From Dehalococcoidia bacterium (lineage in GTDB: Bacteria > Chloroflexota > Dehalococcoidia > Lucifugimonadales > Lucifugimonadaceae), in the NCBI GenBank assembly GCA_022451965.1, contig JAKUNJ010000008.1, forward strand, positions 8,931 to 72,930: a DNA stretch of 64,000 nucleotides, written 5' to 3'. Of the stretch, positions 36,608 through 46,277 are shown in pieces. How positions within the stretch are numbered: the first letter of the stretch is position 1; every line of letters starts with the position of its first letter. The translations under genes were made by a program, and so were the position numbers. Below the pieces are notes generated by a model. The model was not told the DNA's origin, did no database searches, and was given only the letters and a program-made list of their open reading frames with translations.

Positions 36608-39245
36608 ATTCTCTAACCATTTTTCGAAGTACGTATGGTAGTAGACCACCATTATAATAGTACTCGGCCTCAATATCTGTATCTATTCTTATCAAAGTTT
36701 GAAAATGAAACTTTTCTCCATTATTTTTAGTAACATTTACCTTGATTTTAGAATTTGGTACTATAGTTTTTTCTAATCCTTCAAAGTCATAAATCTCAGA
36801 TCCATCAAGTTTCAATTTTTCAGAACTATCACCATCAATAAACTGCAAGGGAATAATGCCCATTCCAACTAAATTAGAGCGGTGTATTCTTTCAAAACTT
36901 TCAGCTATAACAACTTTTACACCTAACAGCGCTGGACCTTTTGCAGCCCAATCTCTAGATGATCCTGTACCATATTCCTTTCCTGCTAAAACAATTAATG
37001 GAGTTTTAGACTCTAAATACTTTTCAGAAGCTTCAAAAATTCTCATTTTTTCACCTGATGGAAAATATACTGTCCAATCACCCTCTTCCTCAACAATTTG
37101 ATTTCTTAATCTTATATTTCCAAAAGTACCTCTTACCATTACATTATGATTTCCTCTTCTTGATCCATAAGAATTAAACTCAAACCTGGGAACGTCACTT
37201 GAAATCAACATTTGTCCCGATGGTGCTGATTGTGGAATAGAGCCAGCAGGTGAAATATGATCTGTCGTAACTGAATTTGATAACTTAACCAGACATCTTG
37301 AACCTAAAATAGGATTTTTTTTCGAGGGTTGAATATTAAAATTTTCAAAATAAGGAGGCTTTTGAATATATGTTGATTGCTTTTCCCAATTAAACCTATT
37401 ACCGCCTGAAGAATGTAATTTTATCCATTCTTCAGGGCCTTCAAAAACAGATCTATATTCATCAATGAACATATCTGAATTCAGTGATTTACTTATAGTT
37501 TCTTCGATTTCATTTGAAGAAGGCCATAAATCTTTTATAAAAACTGGCTCACCAGACTTATCATATCCAATGGGCTCAACTGAAAAGTCTATATTTACAG
37601 TTCCTGCTAAAGCATATAATACTACCAACATAGGAGATGCCAAATAATTAGCTTTAACTTGAGGATGTACTCTACCCTCAAAGTTTCTATTACCTGATAA
37701 AACCGCTGAAACAGAAAGTTCATCATTTTCTACTTTTTCAGCAATTTCAGTAGGTAAAGGACCAGAGTTACCAATACAAGTTGTACAACCATATCCCACA
37801 GTTTGGAATCCTATTTCATCTAAATATTTATTCAATCCAGATGCTTCAAGATACTTACTTACAACTTTAGAACCTGGAGCCAAAGAGGTCTTAACCCATT
37901 CTTTTGGTAAAATCCCTTTATTATATGCATTCCTAGCTATCAATCCTGCACCGATCATAACATTTGGATTTGATGTATTAGTACAGCTTGTTATTGCAGC
38001 AATAACAACTGAAGCATTATCTAATTTATTATTATTAATTTGTTTTTTTGAAATTGAAAAATTCTCATGAAAATTTTTCTTGACATCTGAAAGTAATAAT
38101 CTATCTTGTGGCCTTTTGGGTCCTGCTAGAGAACTTTGAACTGAAGATAAATCAAAATCAACAACTATGGAAAATTCAGGATTAACTCCGTTATAAAACA
38201 ATCCATTAGATTGAGTATAATTTACAACTCTATCGATTATTTTCTCATCCCTACCAGTCAATCTGAGATAATCAATTGTTCGGTCATCAACTGGGAAAAA
38301 TCCACAAGTTGCTCCATACTCAGGTGCCATATTAGAAATAGTTGCTCTATCAGTTAATGATAACTTGGATAAACCTGTACCAAAAAATTCTACAAATTTC
38401 TCTACAACACCTACTTCCCTTAATTTTTCTACAATCGCTAAAACTATATCTGTCGCAGTTGTACCTTCACTAATTTCTCCAAATAGATTTACCCCAACAA
38501 CTTCAGGGACTTGCATATAATATGGTTGACCCAGCATAACAGCTTCAGCTTCAATACCACCAACACCCCATCCTAAAACACCTATAGCATTTATCATGGT
38601 AGTGTGGGAATCGGTACCTACACAAGTATCTGGATAAATATAATTATCTTCATTAGATTGCAATATTACTTCAGCAAGATTTTCTAAATTTACCTGATGC
38701 ACAATCCCTGTACCAGGGGGAACTACTAAGAAATTAGAGAAGGCATTTTGAGCCCATTTCAATAATTTATATCTTTCTTGATTTCTTTCAAATTCTCTTG
38801 AAATATTCATAGTTAAGGAATCGTTCTGTGCAAATGAATCAACTTGAACAGAATGATCTATTACTAAATCTGATCTTACAATTGGGTTAATGATTGAAGG
38901 GTCAACATCTAAATCAGAGACTGCATCTCTCATAGCAGCAAGATCAACAACAACAGGGACTCCAGTAAAATCCTGAAGAACTACTCTACCTGGCATATAA
39001 GGAAATTCTTTATCAGGTACACTATCTTTACTCCAACTTAATAATTGCTCTAGTTGACTTTCATTAGATATTTTTTTGTCAAAAGATCTCAAAACATTTT
39101 CAATTAAAATCCTAATAGAAAATGGAATTTTTTCTAAGTTTACTTTATTAGCTTTAGCAAGCGATTTTATATTATAAAATTCCTTCTTACCCTCTAGTAA
39201 ACTCAGCTCACTTAAGTAATTTTTATTATTAAACTTTAAAGACAA
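36600..39245 (-). CDS. acnA: Aconitate hydratase A
   Basis: 881 aa with LQDFTGVP, GTDSHT, the cluster Cys motifs ITSCTNTSNP and GCTTCIGNSG, and SGNRNFEGR. Confidence 0.95.
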   Translation of the reverse strand: MSLKFNNKNYLSELSLLEGKKEFYNIKSLAKANKVNLEKIPFSIRILIENVLRSFDKKISNESQLEQLLSWSKDSVPDKEFPYMPGRVVLQDFTGVPVVVDLAAMRDAVSDLDVDPSIINPIVRSDLVIDHSVQVDSFAQNDSLTMNISREFERNQERYKLLKWAQNAFSNFLVVPPGTGIVHQVNLENLAEVILQSNEDNYIYPDTCVGTDSHTTMINAIGVLGWGVGGIEAEAVMLGQPYYMQVPEVVGVNLFGEISEGTTATDIVLAIVEKLREVGVVEKFVEFFGTGLSKLSLTDRATISNMAPEYGATCGFFPVDDRTIDYLRLTGRDEKIIDRVVNYTQSNGLFYNGVNPEFSIVVDFDLSSVQSSLAGPKRPQDRLLLSDVKKNFHENFSISKKQINNNKLDNASVVIAAITSCTNTSNPNVMIGAGLIARNAYNKGILPKEWVKTSLAPGSKVVSKYLEASGLNKYLDEIGFQTVGYGCTTCIGNSGPLPTEIAEKVENDELSVSAVLSGNRNFEGRVHPQVKANYLASPMLVVLYALAGTVNIDFSVEPIGYDKSGEPVFIKDLWPSSNEIEETISKSLNSDMFIDEYRSVFEGPEEWIKLHSSGGNRFNWEKQSTYIQKPPYFENFNIQPSKKNPILGSRCLVKLSNSVTTDHISPAGSIPQSAPSGQMLISSDVPRFEFNSYGSRRGNHNVMVRGTFGNIRLRNQIVEEEGDWTVYFPSGEKMRIFEASEKYLESKTPLIVLAGKEYGTGSSRDWAAKGPALLGVKVVIAESFERIHRSNLVGMGIIPLQFIDGDSSEKLKLDGSEIYDFEGLEKTIVPNSKIKVNVTKNNGEKFHFQTLIRIDTDIEAEYYYNGGLLPYVLRKMVRESS

Positions 39246-39321
39246 TATATCTCCCCCAAACTGAAAACGATTTTGTTATTTTAATGTTACATTCTATTAT
39301 CAGAATAAATAAATAGATAGA

Positions 39322-40587
39322 ATGAATCAAATAGCAAAATTTATTCAAAAAAGCGTCCCTTTTTATTATGGATGGATTATTGTAGCTGGATCAGGATCTA
39401 CTATGTTTGTTAGAAATGCAGCTGCAACTCTGACAATAGCAGTATTCGTTTATCCAATGAGTGAAGACTTGGGATGGTCAAGAACACTAATTGTAGGAGC
39501 ATCCTCATTAGCAGGAATTTTATCTGTATTTATTTCACCTTTATCTGGATTCTTGATACAAAAATATGGATCAAAAAAAATACTTTATTCATCTGTTATT
39601 GTTTTAGGCCTAACCACGTTATTAATAAGTCAATCTTTTTCTCCTATAACCTTTTATATTTTATTTGCCACTGGAAGAATAATTTTTAGTTCTCCAATAC
39701 AAATAGGGGCCTCTACTGTAGTAACTAAATGGTTCGTAAATAATAGAGGTAAAGCAACAGGAATATTAGGTCTATTACATTCATTAGGAATGGGCTTATT
39801 TCCACTTTTCGCACAATTAATTATGGATATTGATGGTAATAATTTAGATTCATGGAGATTAAGTTGGCTTTGGCTGGGGATAATCGTTTGGATAATTTCA
39901 TTTCCATTAGTTTTTTTCACCATGATAGATGATCCAAGTAAATTAGGAATTAAGGGAAAAAAATATTTATCACAAGAATCAAAGAGATCACAAGTTAGAA
40001 ATGATAAATCTATTTCACTAAAAAGTGCATTTAGATCGAAAGCGTTCTGGTTATTATCAATTGTTGGATTTTTGACCTATTTTATTCATACAGGGGTTAA
40101 TATTCATCAAGCAGCTTATCTTATAGATAAAGGATTAAATCCATTAATTGCAGCATCTGCACTAACAATTATGGCTCTAGGGACTGGATTTGGAAGTATT
40201 ATAACAGGATGGGCAACAGATAAATTTAGTTCTAAAACAGTCTATTTTTTTGGATCTTTATGGCTAGGTATTAGTGCTATTTTATTTCTACTAGTATCAT
40301 CGGTATTATCTGCATATATAGTAGCATTTTTATTTGGTATGGCTCTGGGTGGTTTATTAGTAATACCTCCAGTTTTATTAGCTGATATTTTTGGAAAAGA
40401 TAATATTGGAGCAATAAGAGGTTATACAGAACCTTTTGTAAGTGGTGGTCAAGCAATAGGTGGAATTTCTGCTGGATTAATTTATGATATATCAGGTTCC
40501 TATCAAATGAGTTTTCCGCTTTTTGGAATTTTGGCTTTTATAGCTTGTGTTCTTATTATTTTTTCTCCAAAAATAAAGAATAATTAG
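39322..40587 (+). CDS. MFS transporter, OFA-like paralog 2
   Basis: 421 aa with N-terminal FYYGWIIV...LGWSR and 12 TM-like segments. Paralogous in pattern to 31785 and 46262. Confidence 0.8.
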   Translation: MNQIAKFIQKSVPFYYGWIIVAGSGSTMFVRNAAATLTIAVFVYPMSEDLGWSRTLIVGASSLAGILSVFISPLSGFLIQKYGSKKILYSSVIVLGLTTLLISQSFSPITFYILFATGRIIFSSPIQIGASTVVTKWFVNNRGKATGILGLLHSLGMGLFPLFAQLIMDIDGNNLDSWRLSWLWLGIIVWIISFPLVFFTMIDDPSKLGIKGKKYLSQESKRSQVRNDKSISLKSAFRSKAFWLLSIVGFLTYFIHTGVNIHQAAYLIDKGLNPLIAASALTIMALGTGFGSIITGWATDKFSSKTVYFFGSLWLGISAILFLLVSSVLSAYIVAFLFGMALGGLLVIPPVLLADIFGKDNIGAIRGYTEPFVSGGQAIGGISAGLIYDISGSYQMSFPLFGILAFIACVLIIFSPKIKNN

Positions 40588-41346
40588 ATGTTTATTGATA
40601 TACATACTCACGTTCAGCAATTTATTGAAAATGATTTAGATTTATTAATAAATAACTCAATAAATTCAAAAATTGAAATTATTATTGCTGCAGGAACAAC
40701 TATATCAGATTCAAAAAAAACTATTGAACTATCAAAGAAATATGAACTGATTTACTCTGCAGTAGGTATTCACCCTCAAAATATTTTTGATGAAAATACA
40801 AATGATTACATAAATATTTTGGAAGGGTTACTAAGTAATAATAAAACTATTATGATTAGTGAAATTGGCTTAGATATTCAACCAGATTCACCTGATATAA
40901 ATATCCAGAAAGAGTTTTTTTCGAATCAAATAGGTTTAGCTAGAGATTTTAATCTCCCGATAGCATTTCATGTAAGAAATGCAGAAAAGGAAGCTTTAGA
41001 CTTATTAGAAACTGAAAATATTAAAGATCTTATATCTGTAGCTCACTATTTTCTTGGAGATTATGAATATGCAAAAAGATTACTTGATAATAATATATAT
41101 ATCTCAGTAGCTAAACCTTTTCTAAGAGATAATAACTTAGCAGAAGTTATTTCTAAACTACCTCTAGATAAATTAGTTATAGAAACAGACTCATATCCTC
41201 AATATTTTAAAAAAAATAGGATGAGGTGGACCGAGCCTAAAGATCTTATAATTATTGTAAAAAAACTTAGTGAAATATTTAATAAAAATGAAGATGAGGT
41301 AAGAGAAATTATTTTATGTAACTCAAAAAAAATACTAAAGGTCTAA
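40588..41346 (+). CDS. TatD-family metal-dependent hydrolase
   Basis: 252 aa with the N-terminal FIDIHTH, GIHP, EIGLD, HVR and ETDSYP motifs. Confidence 0.8.
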   Translation: MFIDIHTHVQQFIENDLDLLINNSINSKIEIIIAAGTTISDSKKTIELSKKYELIYSAVGIHPQNIFDENTNDYINILEGLLSNNKTIMISEIGLDIQPDSPDINIQKEFFSNQIGLARDFNLPIAFHVRNAEKEALDLLETENIKDLISVAHYFLGDYEYAKRLLDNNIYISVAKPFLRDNNLAEVISKLPLDKLVIETDSYPQYFKKNRMRWTEPKDLIIIVKKLSEIFNKNEDEVREIILCNSKKILKV

Positions 41347-41843
41347 GCTTTTTTCTTTTTCTTATTTCTCTTATTTTTATTTTTTTTATAAGATTTAGTT
41401 TTCTGATCTAGGCTTCCAAGACTTGAAGAAATTATAGAAAAATCAGTCTGTGAAATAACGTGTACAGGAGATAATAGTGCTAAATACCAGTCCTCTGGTG
41501 CCCATTTTTTTATATAGCTCAAAGATGGAGCAACATGATATCCGCTAACAAAATTACTGTCATTTAAAATCTTAGGATTTCTTAGTTTGACTCTGTAAGG
41601 TAATTTTTCACTGGAATTTTCACCCCAAATATCTTTCTTATCATAGAATTTCTTAGAATTTATTTTGGCTTGACCAACAAAAGATCTAAGATCAGAAATA
41701 TAGAAAATAACATTATCATTAATGTCTATTTTGTTAGTTAATTTATTATCTTTTTTGGAAAAACCTAATATATCAAAAGATCTCTCTTTCAAAATCTTAA
41801 AATTTTCTGAAGATAAATTTACTAGCCAATAAGTATTTGCCAT
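41343..41843 (-). CDS. EVE/PUA-like domain protein (UPF0310-like) with poly-Lys tail
   Basis: 166 aa with YWLVN..., VIFYIS, LPYRVKL and LSYIKKW...HVISQTDFSII, resembling the EVE-domain (UPF0310) pattern. The C-terminus is KKNKNKRNKKKKKA. Confidence 0.5.
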   Translation of the reverse strand: MANTYWLVNLSSENFKILKERSFDILGFSKKDNKLTNKIDINDNVIFYISDLRSFVGQAKINSKKFYDKKDIWGENSSEKLPYRVKLRNPKILNDSNFVSGYHVAPSLSYIKKWAPEDWYLALLSPVHVISQTDFSIISSSLGSLDQKTKSYKKNKNKRNKKKKKA

Positions 41844-41874
41844 GATAAAAATTATATCAGCTATTACTTAAAAA

Positions 41875-42696
41875 CTATTTCTGAGATCTGAATCTAACAT
41901 AAATAGCAATAGAATTCATAGTTATAAGTATAAATAAAAGTACAATTATTCCTGTAGAAGCAATAGCTCTAAAGTCATCACTTGGAAATGCAGCCCATGT
42001 ATATATCTGCAATGGCAAAATAGTAAATCTATCTAAAGGTCCAGAAGGAACCATAGTAATGAATACCAAAGAACTAATAATCAAAATTGGGGCTGTTTCA
42101 CCTACTGCCCTAGACATAGCTAAAATTATACCACTCATTATGCCACCTATTGAATGAGGTAAAATAACTCTTTTCGAAACTTCCCATTTGGTAGCCCCCA
42201 AAGCATATGCAGCATCTTTTAGGGATGGTTGAATCGTTCTGATTGCTTCTTGTGAGGCAATTATTACTATTGGAAGAATAAGCAGTGTCATAGTTAATGC
42301 TCCAGCAATGAGACTTTTCCCTAAATTCAAAGTATAAGTAAAGAAAGCTAATCCAAGAAGGCCATAAATAATTGATGGAACACCTGCTAAATTAGCAACA
42401 TTAATTTTTATTAGCTTTGTAAATAAATTATCAGATGCAAATTCTTCTAAATAAAGTGCCGTAGAAATTCCTATAGGAACTGTAAAAAGTGCAGTTAATG
42501 TGATGAGCCAAAGCGTTCCAGCTAGAGGTGCAAGGATTCCAGATTTTTCAGCTTTTCTTGAAGCGTAATTAGTAAAAAAATCCCAAGTTAGGTGCTTATA
42601 CCCATCCATTGAAACGTCAATTAATAGAACTACTAATGAAATCAATCCAACTAAAACAGCTATCAAAAATATTATATTAAAAAATCTTTCCTTCAT
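41875..42696 (-). CDS. pstA: Phosphate ABC transporter permease PstA
   Basis: 273 aa with six TM segments and the EAA-loop DAAYALGATKWEV..ILP. Confidence 0.85.
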   Translation of the reverse strand: MKERFFNIIFLIAVLVGLISLVVLLIDVSMDGYKHLTWDFFTNYASRKAEKSGILAPLAGTLWLITLTALFTVPIGISTALYLEEFASDNLFTKLIKINVANLAGVPSIIYGLLGLAFFTYTLNLGKSLIAGALTMTLLILPIVIIASQEAIRTIQPSLKDAAYALGATKWEVSKRVILPHSIGGIMSGIILAMSRAVGETAPILIISSLVFITMVPSGPLDRFTILPLQIYTWAAFPSDDFRAIASTGIIVLLFILITMNSIAIYVRFRSQK

Positions 42697-42699
42697 AAT

Positions 42700-43611
42700 C
42701 TACTCATAATTTTGTGCATACTTTGTTACTATAAATCTACCTATAATATTCATAATAAAAGTTATTATAAAAAGTAATAAACCTACAGCAAAAATACTAT
42801 AATACTCAACTGAATCTTGCTGAGTTTCTCCTTGACTTACAGTTACTATAAATGCTGTCATTGTTTGTATTGCATCCAATGGATTAAGTGTAAGAGCAGG
42901 TTTCCCTCCAGCAGCTAAGCTGACTATCATAGTCTCTCCAATAGCTCTAGAAATAGCAAGGATAAATGAAGCAACAATCCCTGAAATGGCAGAAGGAAAG
43001 ATTACTCTTAGAGCTACCTGGTATTTTTTTGCACCCAATGCATAAGAAGCCTCTCTCAAACTCATAGGAACGGCAGACATTGCATCTTCAGATAAAGTAC
43101 AAACCATAGGTATTATCATTATTCCCATAACTAATCCAGCACTCAATGCATTAAAAATAATAGTTTCAGGAAAGAAAAATTGGATTACTGGTGTCACAAA
43201 TGTTAGTGCAAAATATCCATATACTACAGTTGGAATCCCAGCTAAAATTTCTAGCATAGGCTTTATTACTCTTCTCACCTTAATTGAAGCATATTCTGAA
43301 AGATAAAATGCACTACCTAAACCAAAAACTAAAGCCGTAACAGCTGCTATAGAAGCTACAAGAAAAGTCCCATTTACAAGAGGAAGGATACCAAAATTCT
43401 GAGGAATAAAAAGAGGTGTCCATTTTAATCCTGTAAAAAATTCTACGAATCCGACCTCATCAAAAAATGGAATAGAATTTACAGCTAAAATAGAAATAAT
43501 TCCAAGAGTAGTAAAAATAGAAAGAGCACCGCTTAATCTTAATAAATTAACAACAATAATTTCTTCTTTTTTTCTATTTTTAAGACTTGTTGAATCTTCT
43601 TGATTTTGCAT
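42700..43611 (-). CDS. pstC: Phosphate ABC transporter permease PstC
   Basis: 303 aa with the EAA-loop REASYALGAKKYQV..RVIFP. Lies directly upstream of pstA. Confidence 0.85.
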   Translation of the reverse strand: MQNQEDSTSLKNRKKEEIIVVNLLRLSGALSIFTTLGIISILAVNSIPFFDEVGFVEFFTGLKWTPLFIPQNFGILPLVNGTFLVASIAAVTALVFGLGSAFYLSEYASIKVRRVIKPMLEILAGIPTVVYGYFALTFVTPVIQFFFPETIIFNALSAGLVMGIMIIPMVCTLSEDAMSAVPMSLREASYALGAKKYQVALRVIFPSAISGIVASFILAISRAIGETMIVSLAAGGKPALTLNPLDAIQTMTAFIVTVSQGETQQDSVEYYSIFAVGLLLFIITFIMNIIGRFIVTKYAQNYE

Positions 43612-43668
43612 TAGAAAATTAAATTTTATTTGAATTCAAATTTAGAATATTACAGGTATGATTTAAAG

Positions 43669-43685
43669 TGTTAAGTAAATGTTAA
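43669..43685 (-). promoter_or_regulatory. Putative Pho box (TTAACA-N5-TTAACA direct repeat)
   Basis: The minus strand reads TTAACA TTTAC TTAACA, 58-75 nt upstream of the pstC ATG. It matches the B. subtilis PhoP consensus of TT(A/T/C)ACA repeats with 11-bp periodicity, and is adjacent to the phoB/phoR-like genes. Confidence 0.45.
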
Positions 43686-43690
43686 ATAAA

Positions 43691-44968
43691 TTATCTAAAA
43701 GGTATTTTTATCTTTATCAATAATCCTTCATTTATGCTACTTTCAGCAGCAATATTACCATTATGAACATCAACTATTTGCTTAACTATAGATAACCCAA
43801 TTCCAGAATGTCTTTCACTTCTTAAGCCATCAACTCTGTAGAATCTTTCAAAGATATGTGGCAAGTCTTTATCAGATATACCAATACCAAAATCTCTCAA
43901 ATTGAAATAAATGTTTTCATCATCATAAATACATTTCAGTTCAATTTTGGAATCTTTTTGGCTATATCTAATTGCATTTGAAATAAGGTTTTCTAGTGCC
44001 GTCTTAAACATGCTTTTATCAATTTTTATTTTAGGAATTTTTTTTTGAATAGAATATTCAAATTTTATTCTTTTTGAATCTAAAATAGTTGAAAATTCTT
44101 CGTGCAATTCATTAATTAGATCACTTATTTGTATGTCTTCAAGATTTACTATAAGCTCTCCTGATTCTATTGCATGAACATCAATTATATCTTTTGAAAT
44201 TTTTTCTAGTCTATTTGAATCTTCCTTTATCTTTTCCAAGAAAAATTCGTAATCAGAGTCATTTCCCTTAATTTTACTGTTTTGAAGAGCTTCAATATTT
44301 AATTTCATTGAAGTAATTGGGGTTTTTAACTCATGAGAGGTATTTGCAAAAAATTCTTTTCTAGTTTTGTCTAAAGAAATAAAATCTGTAACGTCTTTTA
44401 TAACGACTAACAAATATTGATTTATTAGTTCAGATTTTATGCTGAAGTATCTAGTAGGAAACGATAATTCAATTATCTTTTCATTATGGTTTTTCGATAC
44501 TGATTCAGTACAAAATTCAATGATATCTAAATTTTTAGTAATATCAGTAACTTTATTATTTTTGCTCAAATATAATTCTGAAGAATCAAGCAAAGAAATT
44601 AATTTATTATTAAAATTTAATATATTCATATCAAAATCTAAAAGCATAATCCCATCATCTAGTGAATTTTTAGAAATTTCGTACAATTCTAAAACTGATT
44701 TTGAATAATCAATCTCATCTTTAATATCATTTATTTTACGAGTAATTAAATTCATAAATCCATAAAATTCTGGCACTATTTTTTCATTAGAGCTATTTTT
44801 ATTCAAAATATCAGAAAGAATAATCTTAAAGCTCTGAATCTTGATTCTAATCATTATTAAAAAGAATGAATTCAACAAAAAAATAATTAATAATATCAAA
44901 ATAAAATTAAAACTTATGGAACCTAGTATTATCCAGATAAATAATATAAGAAAAAAATTAAATATCAA
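43691..44968 (-). CDS. phoR: Sensor histidine kinase, PhoR-like
   Basis: 425 aa with N-terminal TM helices, the HisKA box FFANTSHELKTPITS and HATPase_c motifs (NLISNAIRYS, DFGIGI, GIGLSIV). The Pho role is inferred from context. Confidence 0.7.
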   Translation of the reverse strand: MIFNFFLILFIWIILGSISFNFILILLIIFLLNSFFLIMIRIKIQSFKIILSDILNKNSSNEKIVPEFYGFMNLITRKINDIKDEIDYSKSVLELYEISKNSLDDGIMLLDFDMNILNFNNKLISLLDSSELYLSKNNKVTDITKNLDIIEFCTESVSKNHNEKIIELSFPTRYFSIKSELINQYLLVVIKDVTDFISLDKTRKEFFANTSHELKTPITSMKLNIEALQNSKIKGNDSDYEFFLEKIKEDSNRLEKISKDIIDVHAIESGELIVNLEDIQISDLINELHEEFSTILDSKRIKFEYSIQKKIPKIKIDKSMFKTALENLISNAIRYSQKDSKIELKCIYDDENIYFNLRDFGIGISDKDLPHIFERFYRVDGLRSERHSGIGLSIVKQIVDVHNGNIAAESSINEGLLIKIKIPFR

Positions 44969-45022
44969 AATAGATATAAAAAAAGGAATTGTAGAAATAT
45001 AATTTTTTAGTCTTAAGATAAA

Positions 45023-45739
45023 CTACTCCACATTAATTTTGTAGCCAACGCCTCTTAACGAAATTATTTTTGTAGGTTTTTTACTGTTTTTTTCAATCTT
45101 TTCTCTGATCCACCTTATATGAACATCTACTGTCCGTGTGTCTCCAAAATACTCGAAACCCCAAATATCTTCAACTAATTGTTGTCTTGTAAAAACTTTA
45201 CCTGGGTTAGACATTAATTTATGTAGTAGTTCAAATTCTTTTGGTCTAAAAAATATTTCATTACCTTCATAAATCACTTGTCTCTTATCAGTATTTATAC
45301 TAATTCCCAAATGAGTAATTTGCTTCTTAGATAAAGAGTGAGAGTCTTCAAATAATTTTTTAGTTCTTCTTATGTTGGCCTTAATTCTAGCTAATAATTC
45401 TGGCATACTAAAGGGTTTTGAAACATAATCGTCAGCGCCAAATTCTAATCCAAGGACTTTATCTATTTCGGTATCTTTAGCAGTAATCATAATTATCGGA
45501 GTGTTATTATTTTCAAATCTAACTCTCTTACAAATATCTAACCCACTAATTCCTGGCAACATAATATCCAACAAAATAATATCAAATTCTTCAGAAAGAA
45601 TAGTGTCTAAGGCATTAATTCCATCTTCCTCATAACTAACTGTATAATTTTCTGCTATGAGATTATATCTAAGGGCTTCTCTAATATTTTTATCGTCTTC
45701 AACAATTAATACTTTTAATTTTTCAGTTTCTGTTGTCAA
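45023..45739 (-). CDS. phoB: OmpR-family response regulator, PhoB/PhoP-like
   Basis: 238 aa with a TTG start. The receiver domain has ILLDIMLPG and KD. The winged-helix output domain has RPKEFELL and VDVHIRWIREKIE. Confidence 0.75.
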   Translation of the reverse strand: MTTETEKLKVLIVEDDKNIREALRYNLIAENYTVSYEEDGINALDTILSEEFDIILLDIMLPGISGLDICKRVRFENNNTPIIMITAKDTEIDKVLGLEFGADDYVSKPFSMPELLARIKANIRRTKKLFEDSHSLSKKQITHLGISINTDKRQVIYEGNEIFFRPKEFELLHKLMSNPGKVFTRQQLVEDIWGFEYFGDTRTVDVHIRWIREKIEKNSKKPTKIISLRGVGYKINVE

Positions 45740-46097
45740 TAAACTAACTCATAAATTTTTCTTAAATTTTATATCGCTAATATTAACTTATAGTTAAAAT
45801 TATTCTTAAACAATAGTTATGAAATTTTAGTTTTCTTGGAAATCTTAGTTGAAGATTGAGAATTTTTATTGAATCCACATATTAAGCAGCTTATGTATTT
45901 ACCATCACTATTTTAAGAGTATTCAAATTTACTTTTTGACGTTAAGGACATCAATTTAAAATAAAGTATTAAAATTTTCTAAAAGAATTATTATTTTTAT
46001 ATTTTTTTGATTACTATTTCCAATACAACATTTAATTATTTATAGCATAATGAATTAGATAATAATTTTTTATCTTATGAGGGATAAGTAAAATAAT

Positions 46098-46277
46098 ATG
46101 TTCTCAGGAAATATACCTAAAAAAGGAATTTCGCTTTTCTTAATAACAGTAATATCGTCTTTTGCTGTGATTATTTATCTTTATGCTTGGGACTATCAAA
46201 ACAAAATGAATGAAAATAGTAATTATCAGCCATCATGGTTACAAGAAAGTAGCTTTTATATATGTCCACTACACTAA
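46098..46277 (+). CDS. Possible small single-TM protein (59 aa, below the ORF-track cutoff)
   Basis: ATG 46098 to TAA 46275-46277, encoding MFSGNIPKKGISLFLITVISSFAVIIYLYAWDYQNKMNENSNYQPSWLQESSFYICPLH. It has one hydrophobic helix, overlaps the MFS start by 16 nt, and has GAGGG upstream at a rather long spacing. Confidence 0.3.
   Translation: MFSGNIPKKGISLFLITVISSFAVIIYLYAWDYQNKMNENSNYQPSWLQESSFYICPLH

Noticed and set aside
43628-43641. 14-bp palindrome ATTTGAATTCAAAT between phoR and pstC, considered as a possible operator or terminator.
   Set aside because: It is almost pure A/T in very AT-rich DNA, has no loop and no U-tract, and would not form a stable hairpin. The chance expectation is not negligible. 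The neighbouring TTAACA repeat is the better regulatory candidate.
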